NCBI RefSeq assembly: GCF_000143415.4
Contig: NW_003314268.1
Coordinates: 2,372,494 to 2,436,493, forward strand
Direction of reading: 5' to 3'
Length of the DNA: 64,000 nt
Source of the DNA: Selaginella moellendorffii
Taxonomy: Eukaryota; Plantae; Lycopodiophyta
The translations under genes were made by a program, and so were the position numbers. The notes below the pieces were generated by a model. The model was not told the origin of the DNA and made no database searches. It worked only from the letters and a program-made list of their open reading frames with translations. This document shows, one piece after another, positions 48,130-59,410 of this stretch. The stretch's first letter is position 1. Every line of letters begins with the position of its first letter.

Positions 48130-48516
48130 ATACCGCATGATTAAAATAAAAACGTGATGCCATTTCAAGCCAGTCTTTGTTACTCACACAAAAACATGTT
48201 TATGTCTTTATTGTTATGTAAAAGCTTCGGTTGCAGTTCTATTGACGGCTGCTACTTGTTAATCTTATTTTGTAAAAAAAAAACATTCAAAAGTCTGGAA
48301 CTTTCATATATTTATGGAATCAGTGTATTCGAACTATGTATTTGAATCATTTCTACTAGCTTTACACTTATTTATCTTTGATATGTTAAGAACTACCAAA
48401 TGCATGACCCATTCAAACACAATTATTTGGTTATAAAATATTCTATGAGGGTTGATCATTTATAATTAATAATTTGATTTAAATCAATAAATAAATTTTC
48501 TTGTTTACGTTTTAAT

Positions 48517-48770
48517 ACTGTCAGAGAACTTCTCAATATTATGATTTCTATTCTTCGTTGGTTTCCATTCTTTGCTTCAAAGTCATATCCTCCAAAATTC
48601 AATTTCTGCTGCTTCCATTTCTGTTGCAAATGCCATCAGGGTTCGCTTTGGCTTCTCAGTGCTCTAGGGGTGCAGTACTCCTCTTACTAGGGCCTTCTGT
48701 GACATACATCGCCAATGCCGTGATCTACAACATTGATCTACCCACTTGTTAATTGCCTCTAGTGCGTATC
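48517..48770 (-). pseudogene. Inverted decayed copy of exon 1 of the kinase-like gene
   Basis: The minus strand has ACAAGTGGGTA, ATGTTGTAGAT, TCACAGAAGGCCCT, GCACTGAGAAGCCAAAGC.AACCCTGATGGCA and GAGAAGTTCTCTGACAGT, matching 45783-46225. Confidence 0.85.
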
Positions 48771-48816
48771 CCTTGGTCCAACTGCACCAACTCGTAGTTT
48801 GATTTCTGGACTTATA

Positions 48817-49269
48817 CTAAAACACAAAATCATCGATCAACACATAATCATCCTCGTGTGTGTCGTCGTCCCTGATTTTCGTCACCTTCTCCTGAGTGCC
48901 CCAGATTTGGGTCACCTTTTCATAGCCCTGAGCTTTATACTTGTTGGCAAACAGAGCGAAGCTAGGGACCTCGTCCACTTTCTCGTGCACGTAACACGTC
49001 TTTTCGACCACCGCCGCTTCCCTGATCTTGGCTTTGATCAGCGTCGCAACCATGCCCATTCCATACGGCGCCCGTATCACCAGCTTGAAGAACCCCTGCG
49101 CGTAGTGCGCCCTCACCACTATCATGTCGCGGGGGGCCGTGTACTGCAACACTTCATCCCAGGACGGGTAGTAAAACCACACGTCCAAATAGTCGACCTC
49201 CTCGAGCTTCCCAGGGAAATCCAACGCGTCCTTTGTAAGAGCGTCCTTAAAAGCCGTCCTCGCATCCAT
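48817..49269 (-). CDS. Hypothetical 150-aa intronless protein
   Basis: ATG-initiated ORF with GC3-biased codons, an upstream CACGTGTATAAA (G-box/TATA) and a decayed paralog nearby. No family recognised. Confidence 0.6.
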   Translation of the reverse strand: MDARTAFKDALTKDALDFPGKLEEVDYLDVWFYYPSWDEVLQYTAPRDMIVVRAHYAQGFFKLVIRAPYGMGMVATLIKAKIREAAVVEKTCYVHEKVDEVPSFALFANKYKAQGYEKVTQIWGTQEKVTKIRDDDTHEDDYVLIDDFVF

Positions 49270-49642
49270 AGCTAATTCACAGGGTTAAGTCTCGCACGCT
49301 TTATACACGTGGGAAAAGGAAGCCTAGCCTTTTAGACTTTATAAGAATACCTTTTCCATAGTATGATCGTTTTCCATAGTTTGCCGACCCTGCTATCTCT
49401 GCGTCAAGAACACCTAATAGATGAGCCAGAGAAGGCTGCGCACAACATTAAGATAGCACGGCACGTACCCAAAGAGACAATCTCGTGACCCAACCAGGGA
49501 ACCCCGTGACAGGTCCAGCTAATGTTTTTGTGTCTGTTTCTTCCAGAGCTCCCCTCTGTGCAAGATTAAGACGCGGCCAAGTGAGAAACCATGAGAGCTT
49601 TAAAAGTGAGCCTTCCCTTCGAGTGAGGCCCATCGTCTTGCT

Positions 49643-51001
49643 ATGCCTCCCGTGGATTGGGCATACTTGTGGGGTACCAAAGGAGAGAGTGGATTTGGAT
49701 CTCGCTCAACAGCACAAGACGTGACCGAGGGCATTGATCTGTCCAGCCGCACTGCCATCGTCACAGGTTAGAATGCAGCACGAAATATGAAAACGTTTAA
49801 TGGATGCTTGCCTTCCCTTGAGGTGCTACATCTGGAATTGGCTTGGAAACGGCGAGAGTGCTGGCGATGCGAGGAGCTCACGTCGTTATTCCGGCGAGAA
49901 CTTTGAAGGCTGCCGAACAAGCAAAGTCAGCAATTATCAGTGAACTTCCGGATGCGAAAGTAAGCACCGGAGAGCTGGATCTCGGCTCGTTCGCTTCTAT
50001 ACGCACCTTTGTCGACGAGTTCAAATCTCTGAACGCTCCACTAAATATTCTCATGTAAGCTTTCATCGTACACCTTCTCTTCTTGTTGTGACATGCTTGC
50101 ACTGTGAAGAAACAATGCCGGGGTAATCTGCCGAGGCCTGCAGCTATCTGAAGAAAAGATGGAGTTACAGTTCGCAATAAACCATCTCGGTCAGATAGAA
50201 TACAAACGTATCAAAAAAACTAACTAGCACGCATTCACCCAGGCCATTTCCTGCTGACAAAGCTGCTCCTGGACACGATGATCCGGACATCTGAAGAGAC
50301 CGGGATTGAAGGAAGAATTGTGAATATTTCTTCAAACGCACATGCCATTTTAACAGACAGCACAGACTTTCAAAAACTAAACACTGAAAACAGGTAAAAG
50401 CATCAGAAGCCGACCAAATGTCTTGATCTTGTTGGTTTACCAGGATGTCAAATTGGCACCCAACTCTTTATGCTGGTTCAAAGCTCGCAAACATTCTACA
50501 CGTAAAAGAACTCTCAAGGCAGCTCAAGGTAATAAACGCACTATATGCCCCTCACTACGTTTCTTATCAAGATTGCTTAGGAAAGAAGAGCCAACATTAC
50601 CGCAAACGCACTACATCCCGGCGTAGTCCACACCCAAATCTTTCGCAATCTTCGGCCTGCAATACGTAAGCTTCCTTGAATTAGCACCACAAGAGAAACT
50701 AATCAAACCAGACTGCTGTTCAGAGTCGTATATATCTATCTGCTCCTTACTTATGAGGCCAGTACCCCAAGTATGACCGAAATCTTCTTTTCCCAGTCTG
50801 CTCATATCGTTCTTTTCGTGATCACAGGGAGCAGCTACGACTTGCTATGTTGCAACTCATTCCAGGGTTAACGGAATCTCAGGGCGATATTTCGAGGATT
50901 GCAACGAAGCTACCTGCAGTCCACTTGCAAACGACATGGCACTTGCAAAAGAGCTCTGGAACTTTAGTGAGAGTTTTATTGAAGCTAGAAATAAAAACTG
51001 A
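49643..51001 (+). CDS. Short-chain dehydrogenase/reductase, TIC32-like
   Basis: [65 protein letters not shown] and GAATTCYVA. Confidence 0.9.
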
Positions 51002-51033
51002 CCGAACGGGAATGCCTCCATACTGCGTACTTA

Positions 51034-52836
51034 CTAAAACCCACCGAATAGCCACGTCAGAATAGCAAGAACCGCAATGATGACTATAATGTTCAGAAAG
51101 TAGTTCGTCTTCAAAGGCTGGTCTGGACTTCCACCAAGCCCAAGGTATTCAGCACGGATTTTCTGCTTCATGGAATCAGAGAGCTCTTTCTGCAAACAAC
51201 AGATGATGGTCAGTGCATACAGCCAAGTAAGAAAAGGCACCTTCGGAGTTGAGTATTCGGCAGCAACGAACTTTTGAGGAGCAGCCTCAAGCGTAATGCC
51301 CTGCAGTGAGAGTATTGTAATGTCTTTCAAAACCTAGATCATTTACCTCGGGTGGATCGAATTTAGCACCTAGCTCACTAAGCTTGGCATGAGCTTCTGC
51401 GTAGTCTTTGAAGAAAGTTTCTTGATCCTCTGCATACTTTTCAGCATACACCTGCGTCCAACTTTATAAACTCAGACCGTTTTCATGAAGTAGAAACTGA
51501 ACTGCGAAGCACATTCCGCACCTTAAAGCTGGGATCCTCAAAGAGAGCCGCATCCGTTGGCAGTACAAGTAATTCTGCATCTCGTTTCTCTTTTACTTCC
51601 TACACCTCCGAGAGGATTATTGTGATCAGAGTATTAAAAACCAAGGTAAAGGCATACCCTGAAATAGGAGTTGTCAAACTTCAGCCAATGTACGGTCCAT
51701 GACTGCCCGCCAGGTAGTCCTGGACCATCTTTCTGCATAAAATGATTCACTGTTTAGTAAGAACACGTCGTAGATGCTACATTACTGTATATTTGGTTTC
51801 ATCTTTGCCCCATCCACTTCTATTCGGCCGAGCCCTGCCGAGTGTGTGAGCACCCGATAAAGCAACAATTTCCTGTTCAACATGTAAACAACTAAAGTTC
51901 TCTATCTATGATCTATGTACCTTGTCGTTAAACCCCATTCTGTAAAATACCTTCCGAAGATGTTCGGCAGGACTTGGAGCTCCAGCATCTAAAGAAAAAG
52001 ATCAAATGTAAAAACGCACAGTTGTTAGAAAGAATTTTACGAACCAGGAAGCATTCCTTCTTCCGGACATTCTTCTGGAGTAGTCGTATCCACTCTTCCG
52101 TATCGCATCGGTATTTTAGGACCTCCCGCTAGCTGCAATAACTTGAATAACAGCATGTTTCATAAACGGGGGTTACCTCTATCGCAGTGACGCTCGCAAG
52201 TTGGAACAAATCTGCATAGCTTATCGCAGGGAATTTATCTTTGATAGGATCCAGAAGTTTCAGTGCGCCTTGGAGGCCTGACAATACATTCACCCAGTTC
52301 AAAAGTAAGTTGAAATGAACAAGGCAGTACCGGCATTGGCAGCGTGACCCATCTCCTTCGTAAATCGTACACTCCCATTTGCGCCACCGCATTTTGGCCA
52401 CTCTTTGATATCTTTGTTATAAGTTCCTGCGTCATGCCACCCCAAGCGAATCTACAAACGAAACCAAAGAAGGTGACAATGAAATTTCTCGAAGAAACTT
52501 TACCAGGATTGGATTACTATACGTATTCTGGACGAGCTCCTTCACCGCCAATTTGGCTTCTTCGAGATCATTCGCTGATAGCTTGACGGACGTCGAAGAA
52601 CTGTTACTGATCACTAGTGCTCTCCGCCGAAGTTTTCTTGGAGCAATCGTTGCTACTTTCTGCACCACTCTACACTGAGAGGCAGAAGAAACGAAGAAAA
52701 ATCTTACCGCCACAGCAGATGACTGAAAGAAATTCGACTTAAATTCTCGCTTGACAGCCGCATTCTTCTTGCTGGGCGCGACTCCGGCTCGCACATCCCA
52801 AGCTGGAACTCTAGCGTCAGCTAAAGATAGAGCCAT
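51034..52836 (-). CDS. tAPX: Chloroplast ascorbate peroxidase, thylakoid-anchored form
   Basis: Transit peptide, [36 protein letters not shown] and [10 protein letters not shown]-terminal [25 protein letters not shown] is followed by a TM helix. Confidence 0.93.
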
Positions 52837-53154
52837 TCCTCCAATGTATTGCACGGAGAAATCCACTGACTGACACGCTTCTAGATGAATCGACCCTAAG
52901 ATCGAGCTAATGCACGATTCTTACCAAAGAAATCTGCCGGCTTAGGCAGCGCGATCATCCAACGCCCTAAGAAAACGCGATGAATCTCCCAAGAAATCCA
53001 AATGCGGCCACATTACCGTCGGAAGATCGGCGTTCCCCATCGCCTCCGGATAAACCCTAGGCCTGGAAGGAAGAAAGGAACTAAATTTCATTAAGATCGC
53101 AAGCAAAAACGTACATCGAAAAGAACAACTCGATCGATCGATCGTTCTCGCTCG

Positions 53155-53835
53155 TCAGGTCGCGTAGTAGCGGCAGCGCTGCCTCTGGTACCTCTCGTCC
53201 GCGCGCGCGCCTTTCTCCACGAACATATCCATTGCCTCCAGCGCGTCGCCAAGAAGACTCGACAGCTCGAACACATTCCGCTGAGCCTTGGTCGCCATTG
53301 CCGCCCACCGCTGGACGTGGAGCCATCGCTCCATCCCCCAGGCTTCCTCGCGGTACATCGATCGCGCATTGGGGCAGGACTCGATCATCGGCGACTTCTC
53401 TGCTGTCTTCGGCGGCGCCACCACCGCTGGAACGCGCGCGTGGATTCTCCTCGCCTCAGCCAGCCTCCCGATGCATCGATAGCAAGGGGCTTTCTCATCC
53501 TGATCGAAATCCTCGACGCGCCTGATCGAAATATCGCGTCCCGGCCTCCTGAAAGCCTCTGGCGACGGCTGGAAACACTCGCTGCCCTCGAAATCCATGC
53601 TCCTCGGGAGATCGGAGTACTCCGAATGAGGTGGAGAAGGAGGAGGAGGAGGAGGAGGAGGACGGGGAGATGGAGGAGGAGAAGGCGGAGGAGACGTTTT
53701 CCCGTCGAGAATGTTCATGCATTTCTCCCCCCATGATTCTTCTTCTTTCGGCGGCGAGATGTCCGGAAAGTAGAATTCTGGCGCTGGCAGACATCGAATC
53801 GGAGGCGGTGGACACGAGAAGGTCTCGCAATCCAT
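53155..53835 (-). CDS. Hypothetical proline-rich intronless protein (about 226 aa)
   Basis: Open frame with a poly-Pro stretch and a helical C-terminal region, and a telo-box-like AACCCTAG next to the start. No family recognised. Confidence 0.55.
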   Translation of the reverse strand: MDCETFSCPPPPIRCLPAPEFYFPDISPPKEEESWGEKCMNILDGKTSPPPSPPPSPRPPPPPPPPSPPHSEYSDLPRSMDFEGSECFQPSPEAFRRPGRDISIRRVEDFDQDEKAPCYRCIGRLAEARRIHARVPAVVAPPKTAEKSPMIESCPNARSMYREEAWGMERWLHVQRWAAMATKAQRNVFELSSLLGDALEAMDMFVEKGARADERYQRQRCRYYAT

Positions 53836-53944
53836 CGCCAAGAACCCTAGAACACAACAAGCAATCCCCGGCTAAAAAACGAAGCATATACTCCATTCAA
53901 ACAAAGAATATCCTGATTCCAAAATATACTTCGGGTTTAAAATT

Positions 53945-54919
53945 TTACTCTTTCGCTTGGCACATACAATCTTCACAGCGCGGGTGCCTGTAAACGCTTC
54001 TCGCTGTTGGTCTCGTGTGGACCTTTCTGTTCTCTCGGATTGTCTTCCTCACTCTCTCCCGAAATTCTCCCCACTGGATCGACGAGTTCTTCGCGAAAAG
54101 ACTCACCAAGCGCTTCTTGTTTGGCCGGATGATCGGCAGTCTCCCACCTCCAAAATACATTCTATAGCCACTCACCAGAGAAGCCAATTGACTCCCGGAG
54201 TCCGTCATTGCAAACACATCCGCTGCTGTGCAGGCTATAAAATCTAGAGCGGCTAACTGTGGAAGCAAACACGACGATCAACAAAACTCTGGAGCACTCC
54301 GAAAAGAAAAGTACAAAAGAAACGAACCTGTGATGAATGATTCGCAAAAGGCGAGAGTTCCTTCTCGGACAATAAATCTTCTTTCGTCACCAGGTTCGGA
54401 TATAAAGTAGACAATGGAGTCAGTCTGGATTGGCCACCGTAGATTTGAGCACCTGCTAGAAAAACACGAGTCCCTCGCTTGAAGCCGAGAGCGGCAAGAA
54501 TTAAAGCTCCTTCCTCGGGAGACAAGGGACACTGGCCCAGCTCTCTCAGAGTACTCGCTAGCTCCCTGCCATGGACGCTTAGAACAGAGAGGAAAGGCCG
54601 AGTTATGATATGTCTTACGTTTCATTATGATACTTCGCCATCATTGGGAAGTGAACGTCCCTGTAGGCTTGAAGCTCGAGCTTTTCCGGTTCTCCTCCAC
54701 CAAAGTCACACATGGAATAGGCAACCATGTCAATCTCGAACCTTAAATGCAATGCGAGATATCTCGTCACTGATGGAACTTGTCCGGGAAAGTTTTGATG
54801 TATTCTCTGTACCAGCAAGTCCCCAGCAGCTTGTATTTCTGGCCTAAATCTCAAAGCATGAAAGTTGCATCTGCACCTCAACCTCTAGATACAAGAAATG
54901 AGTGAACTACTGAAACGAA

Positions 54920-54964
<45 letters not shown>

Positions 54965-56161
54965 CAAAGAAAGCCTTACCTGTATCTCAAAAGGAATGGG
55001 ATCGAATGATAATCTATTTCCGAAGCCGGAAAAATAAACAACTCGGTTCCTCAGTAGAATCGGTAGGACTCGCTGAATGTAAAAACCTGGCTTGGACTCC
55101 TTCATCACGTCTAATTCCGATAACTGTGTTGAGGCAAAGTTAGATGAACACAAACCGGAAGAAACTCTATAATGCAACAACTCTATAAACCTGTGAGATG
55201 CAGATGTACTTACAAAGAGAATGCAGTGCTTACAAAGCTGCCAATTGCTTGCAAATCCAGGGACTGCATTTCGATCGGTAGGCTCTTGACTATGTACACG
55301 TCTTCTCTCAGATAATTAACGAAGTACTCCTCCTGATAAATGTCTCCAAACTGACTGAAAGAAACAAGAAACAGAAAACACTCAGCGAGGTGACACTACA
55401 ACAGAAAGGATTTCCCAGTTACCTTTCATCCTGCCAGACGTTGCTCAGCATAAAGCTCGGAAGCACCAGCGTAGCATTTAAGAGACGCGAGATGGCAACC
55501 GCATTGCATATCTGAGTACAAAAAAGATGTTTAGAGAGTTGACGTTGGAAGAATGAAACCAAGCCTACTGCAACACGCTGTTGATTGAGACCACCGTTCG
55601 CATTGATTAGAATGTATCCCGTGCTGTTCTCGGGTGCCGGCGGCACTGTATACACGATTGTTTAGTCTGTGAAAAAGAAAACAGTAAGCGAGAAAGAGAG
55701 AAAGAGAGGAACTTACGAGTGTGGTTTTCTCTACGAACATTAGCGCAAGGTTTCCACGCAGAAGCTGGTTCTGTCCAGAGATCGTGAGGCTCACTCCTGG
55801 AATCGGCCTAAAGTTGCGAGGCAAGTAAAAATGTAAGCGTCGGGAGGAAAGTCTTCTACCTCTGCGAGAGAATGAGCCGCCAGTGCAAGAAGACGGTCGT
55901 ACATTACATTGCTTCTCTTCTCCTGCCAGTGTAGAGGAATCGCATTGGAGGAGAGGATCGATCTACACAAAAGCCTACCTTGAAAAATCGCGATTGCGAC
56001 TCGAAATCAGTCACTCCAGCCGACAGTGGAACCTCCGAGCTCGAAAGAATCCACCAATCAAGCAAGAAATACACCGCCGCGAAGATCGAGCACAGCAGCA
56101 TGCTCCGACTGATTCCAATCCTCCTTTTCGATCGCTTCATCAATCCCGAGTGCTGCGCCAT
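53945..56161 (-). CDS. Plant O-fucosyltransferase family protein (DUF246/GT106)
   Basis: N-terminal TM helix, NANGGLNQQR, ICNAVAISRLLNATLVLP, RCRCNFHALRF, YLALHLRFEIDMVAYSMC, CPLSPEE and LAALDFI. Confidence 0.93.
54926..54962. repeat. Intronic (GA)n microsatellite
   Basis: About 18 GA units. Confidence 0.9.
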
Positions 56162-56802
56162 TCCCAGGAGTCCATACGAACCCTAAACTCCAAGATTTAG
56201 GGCAGGTCTTAAAGGTATCTTTTTGGTTCCAAATAGTTGCTTTGGCATCTCCATTTGAATAGAGTACATGTCAGGGCCAAGACATCCTATAAGACTTAGG
56301 GCGGCACAAACACAAGTTGGCCACTCTTGAATGTCTGCTGTTACTATTGAAGGCTAAAAAAATATCAAGATAGCCTCACTTTTTCTCTTTTCTTCTTTTC
56401 TTTATTTCCTTATTTCTAAATTTTTAAAGCTAAAGTACTTCTTTCTCCCTCATCTTTGTTCCTTTGTCCTCCAAACTATATTCCAAAGAGAACGGTGGAG
56501 ATGTCTCCATACGTTGTTCCGTACTCTATTCCCCTGGATATCCTCTGCCGTATCAAACTAGACACACTCACACGATATATATATGCTGTGCGCCTCTGTG
56601 CCTGTTTGCAGTGCCAGCAGCGTCGTATTCGTAGCATATCGATTGTTTCGCCAAAGATTGGCTCTCTTCCATGCTTGCCTGGTGGCCTCTGTGGATGATA
56701 TCAATTGGTTTACAGACTAGCGATGCGAGGAATAGAAGCTAATCGATTGATCGGGAGGTATTGAAAGGTAGAAAGGAAGAGGAGGACCTCGCGTAAGAAA
56801 GA

Positions 56803-58684
56803 ATGGGGTCTGCCATTAGCCAAGTTCTTCGCGGGAATGGCGAAAGTGGCTATGGATTCCATACGAGCGCCGAGGACATAACTCAAGGCTTGGATCTCTC
56901 GCCCACGACAGCCATTGTCACAGGTGATCTTAAGAGATGTTTCCATTGTTTTCTCTCGCGCAACTTCTAAGATATGATATCTGGCCAATTCTTTTTGGTT
57001 GATTGATTGATCTGTCTGTTTAATACTTTGCTCCATCCATCTCTATCAGGTGCTACGTCGGGAATTGGATTGGAGACAGCCAAAGCTCTGGCCATGCGCG
57101 GAGCCCGCGTGATACTCGCGGCGCGCAACATCAAGGCCGCGGAGAGCGTCAAGGAATCCATCCTGGAGAACAAGCCCGACGCGCGAATTGAGATCCTGGA
57201 GCTCGATTTGAGCTCGCTCGCCTCCGTCCGCCGCGCCGCAGAGGATTTCCACGCTCGCAACCTCCCGCTCCACATCCTCATGTGAGACTCTAAGATTTTC
57301 CACAAACACCTTTGACAAATCTTCTTCTTGCTTGACACCAACTTATAATCCCGGATCCGCTCGAGAAGAAACAATGCAGGAGCCCTGGTTCCAAGGTTCA
57401 TGCGGTCAGAGGATGGAATCGAACTCCAATTTGCCACAAATCACTTGGGTAAACACCTCTCAAACACCCCAAAAGTTGTCTTAAGTTTGCATGACGCACA
57501 CACACACTCCCTCTTCGAAGTTTCACCATGATCATACGGTGACACCCCGAGCGTACGTACGAGCGTACGGCAGGAGATCCTCACAAGAATTCTATGCACC
57601 CACACCTTTTCTCCAGCAGGCAAACAATTTAGTACGCGCGCACTCCGACCAAAAGACCCGTGGGTCTGGGCTGATACCTAGGTGTGAGGCTTTCACCGCA
57701 CGGTAAAAAAAGTCAATACCACCGCCAGTGGAAAACCGGCATTTACCGCGGGGGAGGTAAACAAAGATAGAGATGGATAGATATGTATAAATACACACCT
57801 GCAGTATCTAGCTGGCGCTAGGAAGGACCACGATGCATGTTATATACGGAATTATTCCCGGTGCTGATTCCTCTGTCTTGTCTTTTCCAGGGCATTTCTT
57901 GCTCACAAAGCTGTTGCTGGACAAGATGGTCGAAACATCGCGGGACTCGAGGATGGAGGGTCGGATCGTTAATGTGGCTTCGCAGTGCTATAGGATTGCC
58001 AGGGATGGCATCGAGTTTGATAAGCTAAACGATCCAGCAAGGTAGTTTTTCTATGCGATAGTTCTAAATGAGGGATTCACTATGATTTTTGCCAGCTTTT
58101 CTACAACGTACCCACTCGGCTATGGAATCTCCAAGCTCGCCAACATCTTGCATGCAAAAGAGCTGGCGAGGCGGCTCAAGGTATCCAAAGCCGTGGTTAT
58201 GTCTAAGCTTTGATTATTTAGCCGCGTGTTTAGGAGCGCGGCGCTAACGTCACAGCAAATGCAGTCCATCCAGGAGTCATCCACACCAACATCGTACGGA
58301 TAGCCCCCGAGTACATCTCATGTAAGATCACAAAAATGATCATGTCTCACGATTCCGTACGCCTTGAACTAACACAGACATTATCTCGAGCATATTCTCC
58401 AAGCAATTCGAATTCAGCAAATCCCCCTCACAGGCAAGTTGGTTAGTGCGTTTTACTTTTTGGTTGGATTGTTTTAATAACGATTGGCATTATGCTTGCT
58501 GAAGGGGGCCGCGACTACGTGCTACGTTGCCACTCATCCGGGGGTGAGTGGAGTCTCCGGAAAGTATTTCGTGGATTGCAACAAGGCCGAGTGCGTTTCG
58601 TACGCAAACGACATGAAGTTGGCCCAGCGGCTATGGCAATTCAGTGAAAAGTGGACGAGTCCCGCCGGGGACGGCACGGATTGA
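56803..58684 (+). CDS. Short-chain dehydrogenase/reductase, TIC32-like (second paralog)
   Basis: [53 protein letters not shown] and [16 protein letters not shown] intron at 58434-58504. Confidence 0.9.
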
Positions 58685-59410
58685 TTGGTCATTACGCGGA
58701 TTGACGGTGGATCTGGCGTTTCACCCCTTGAATACGCAATGTAGGTAGCTGCTGTGCAATCTTTACAAGCTCACCAACAAAAACTATGTAACTATTCAAA
58801 GGAAAGCCCTTTTCTAGGTCAAGATTGGAATTCCTCCGCCAACTTTTGGCTTTGAAGTGACCAAACAAATTCGACGAGCAGCGCGTCGCTGTCTTGACAC
58901 GACCATGGCCCAACTGCCGTACCCGTCGTACACAATATGGTTTTCGGACCACGCATTGCCCCATGACGTGGCACGATTTTCGTCCAATGATAGATTACCC
59001 CCCGCATCTGAGGCGTCGATTGCTCGCGGCGAGATGTGCGGCCGCGATCGCGTCTCTCTTCCAGTGAAGCTGCGAAGATTTTGAGAGGGAAAGGCTTTCC
59101 CCTCTTTCTGACGGAGCCCTGGAAAGCGCAGCTATGGCGTCTCGGAGCTCTCATTTCTTTATGGCTTGCTCTGCGCGCTCTGGGGCAATGCGGCAGCGGC
59201 AGCGTCTCTTCTTTCCTCTGGCGCTTTGAAGAGCGCTCGCGTGGATTTTGCTGCAGGGGCGGGCTCTCTTGGCTTTCTCTGGATCGGTCGATGCTTCATT
59301 CCTGGCGCCTGCGCGCCTGGAAATCTCGCAGCCTTGGCGTTTCCGGCCGATAATCTAGGGAATGCAGGTTCCAAGGATGCCGATTACCGCAGGAAATCAT
59401 GGTTAGGGTC

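Noticed and set aside
51190-51242. Alternative splicing to a stromal APX isoform in the last tAPX intron
   Set aside because: Known in some angiosperms, but I see no clear alternative acceptor-plus-stop here. Transcript data are needed.
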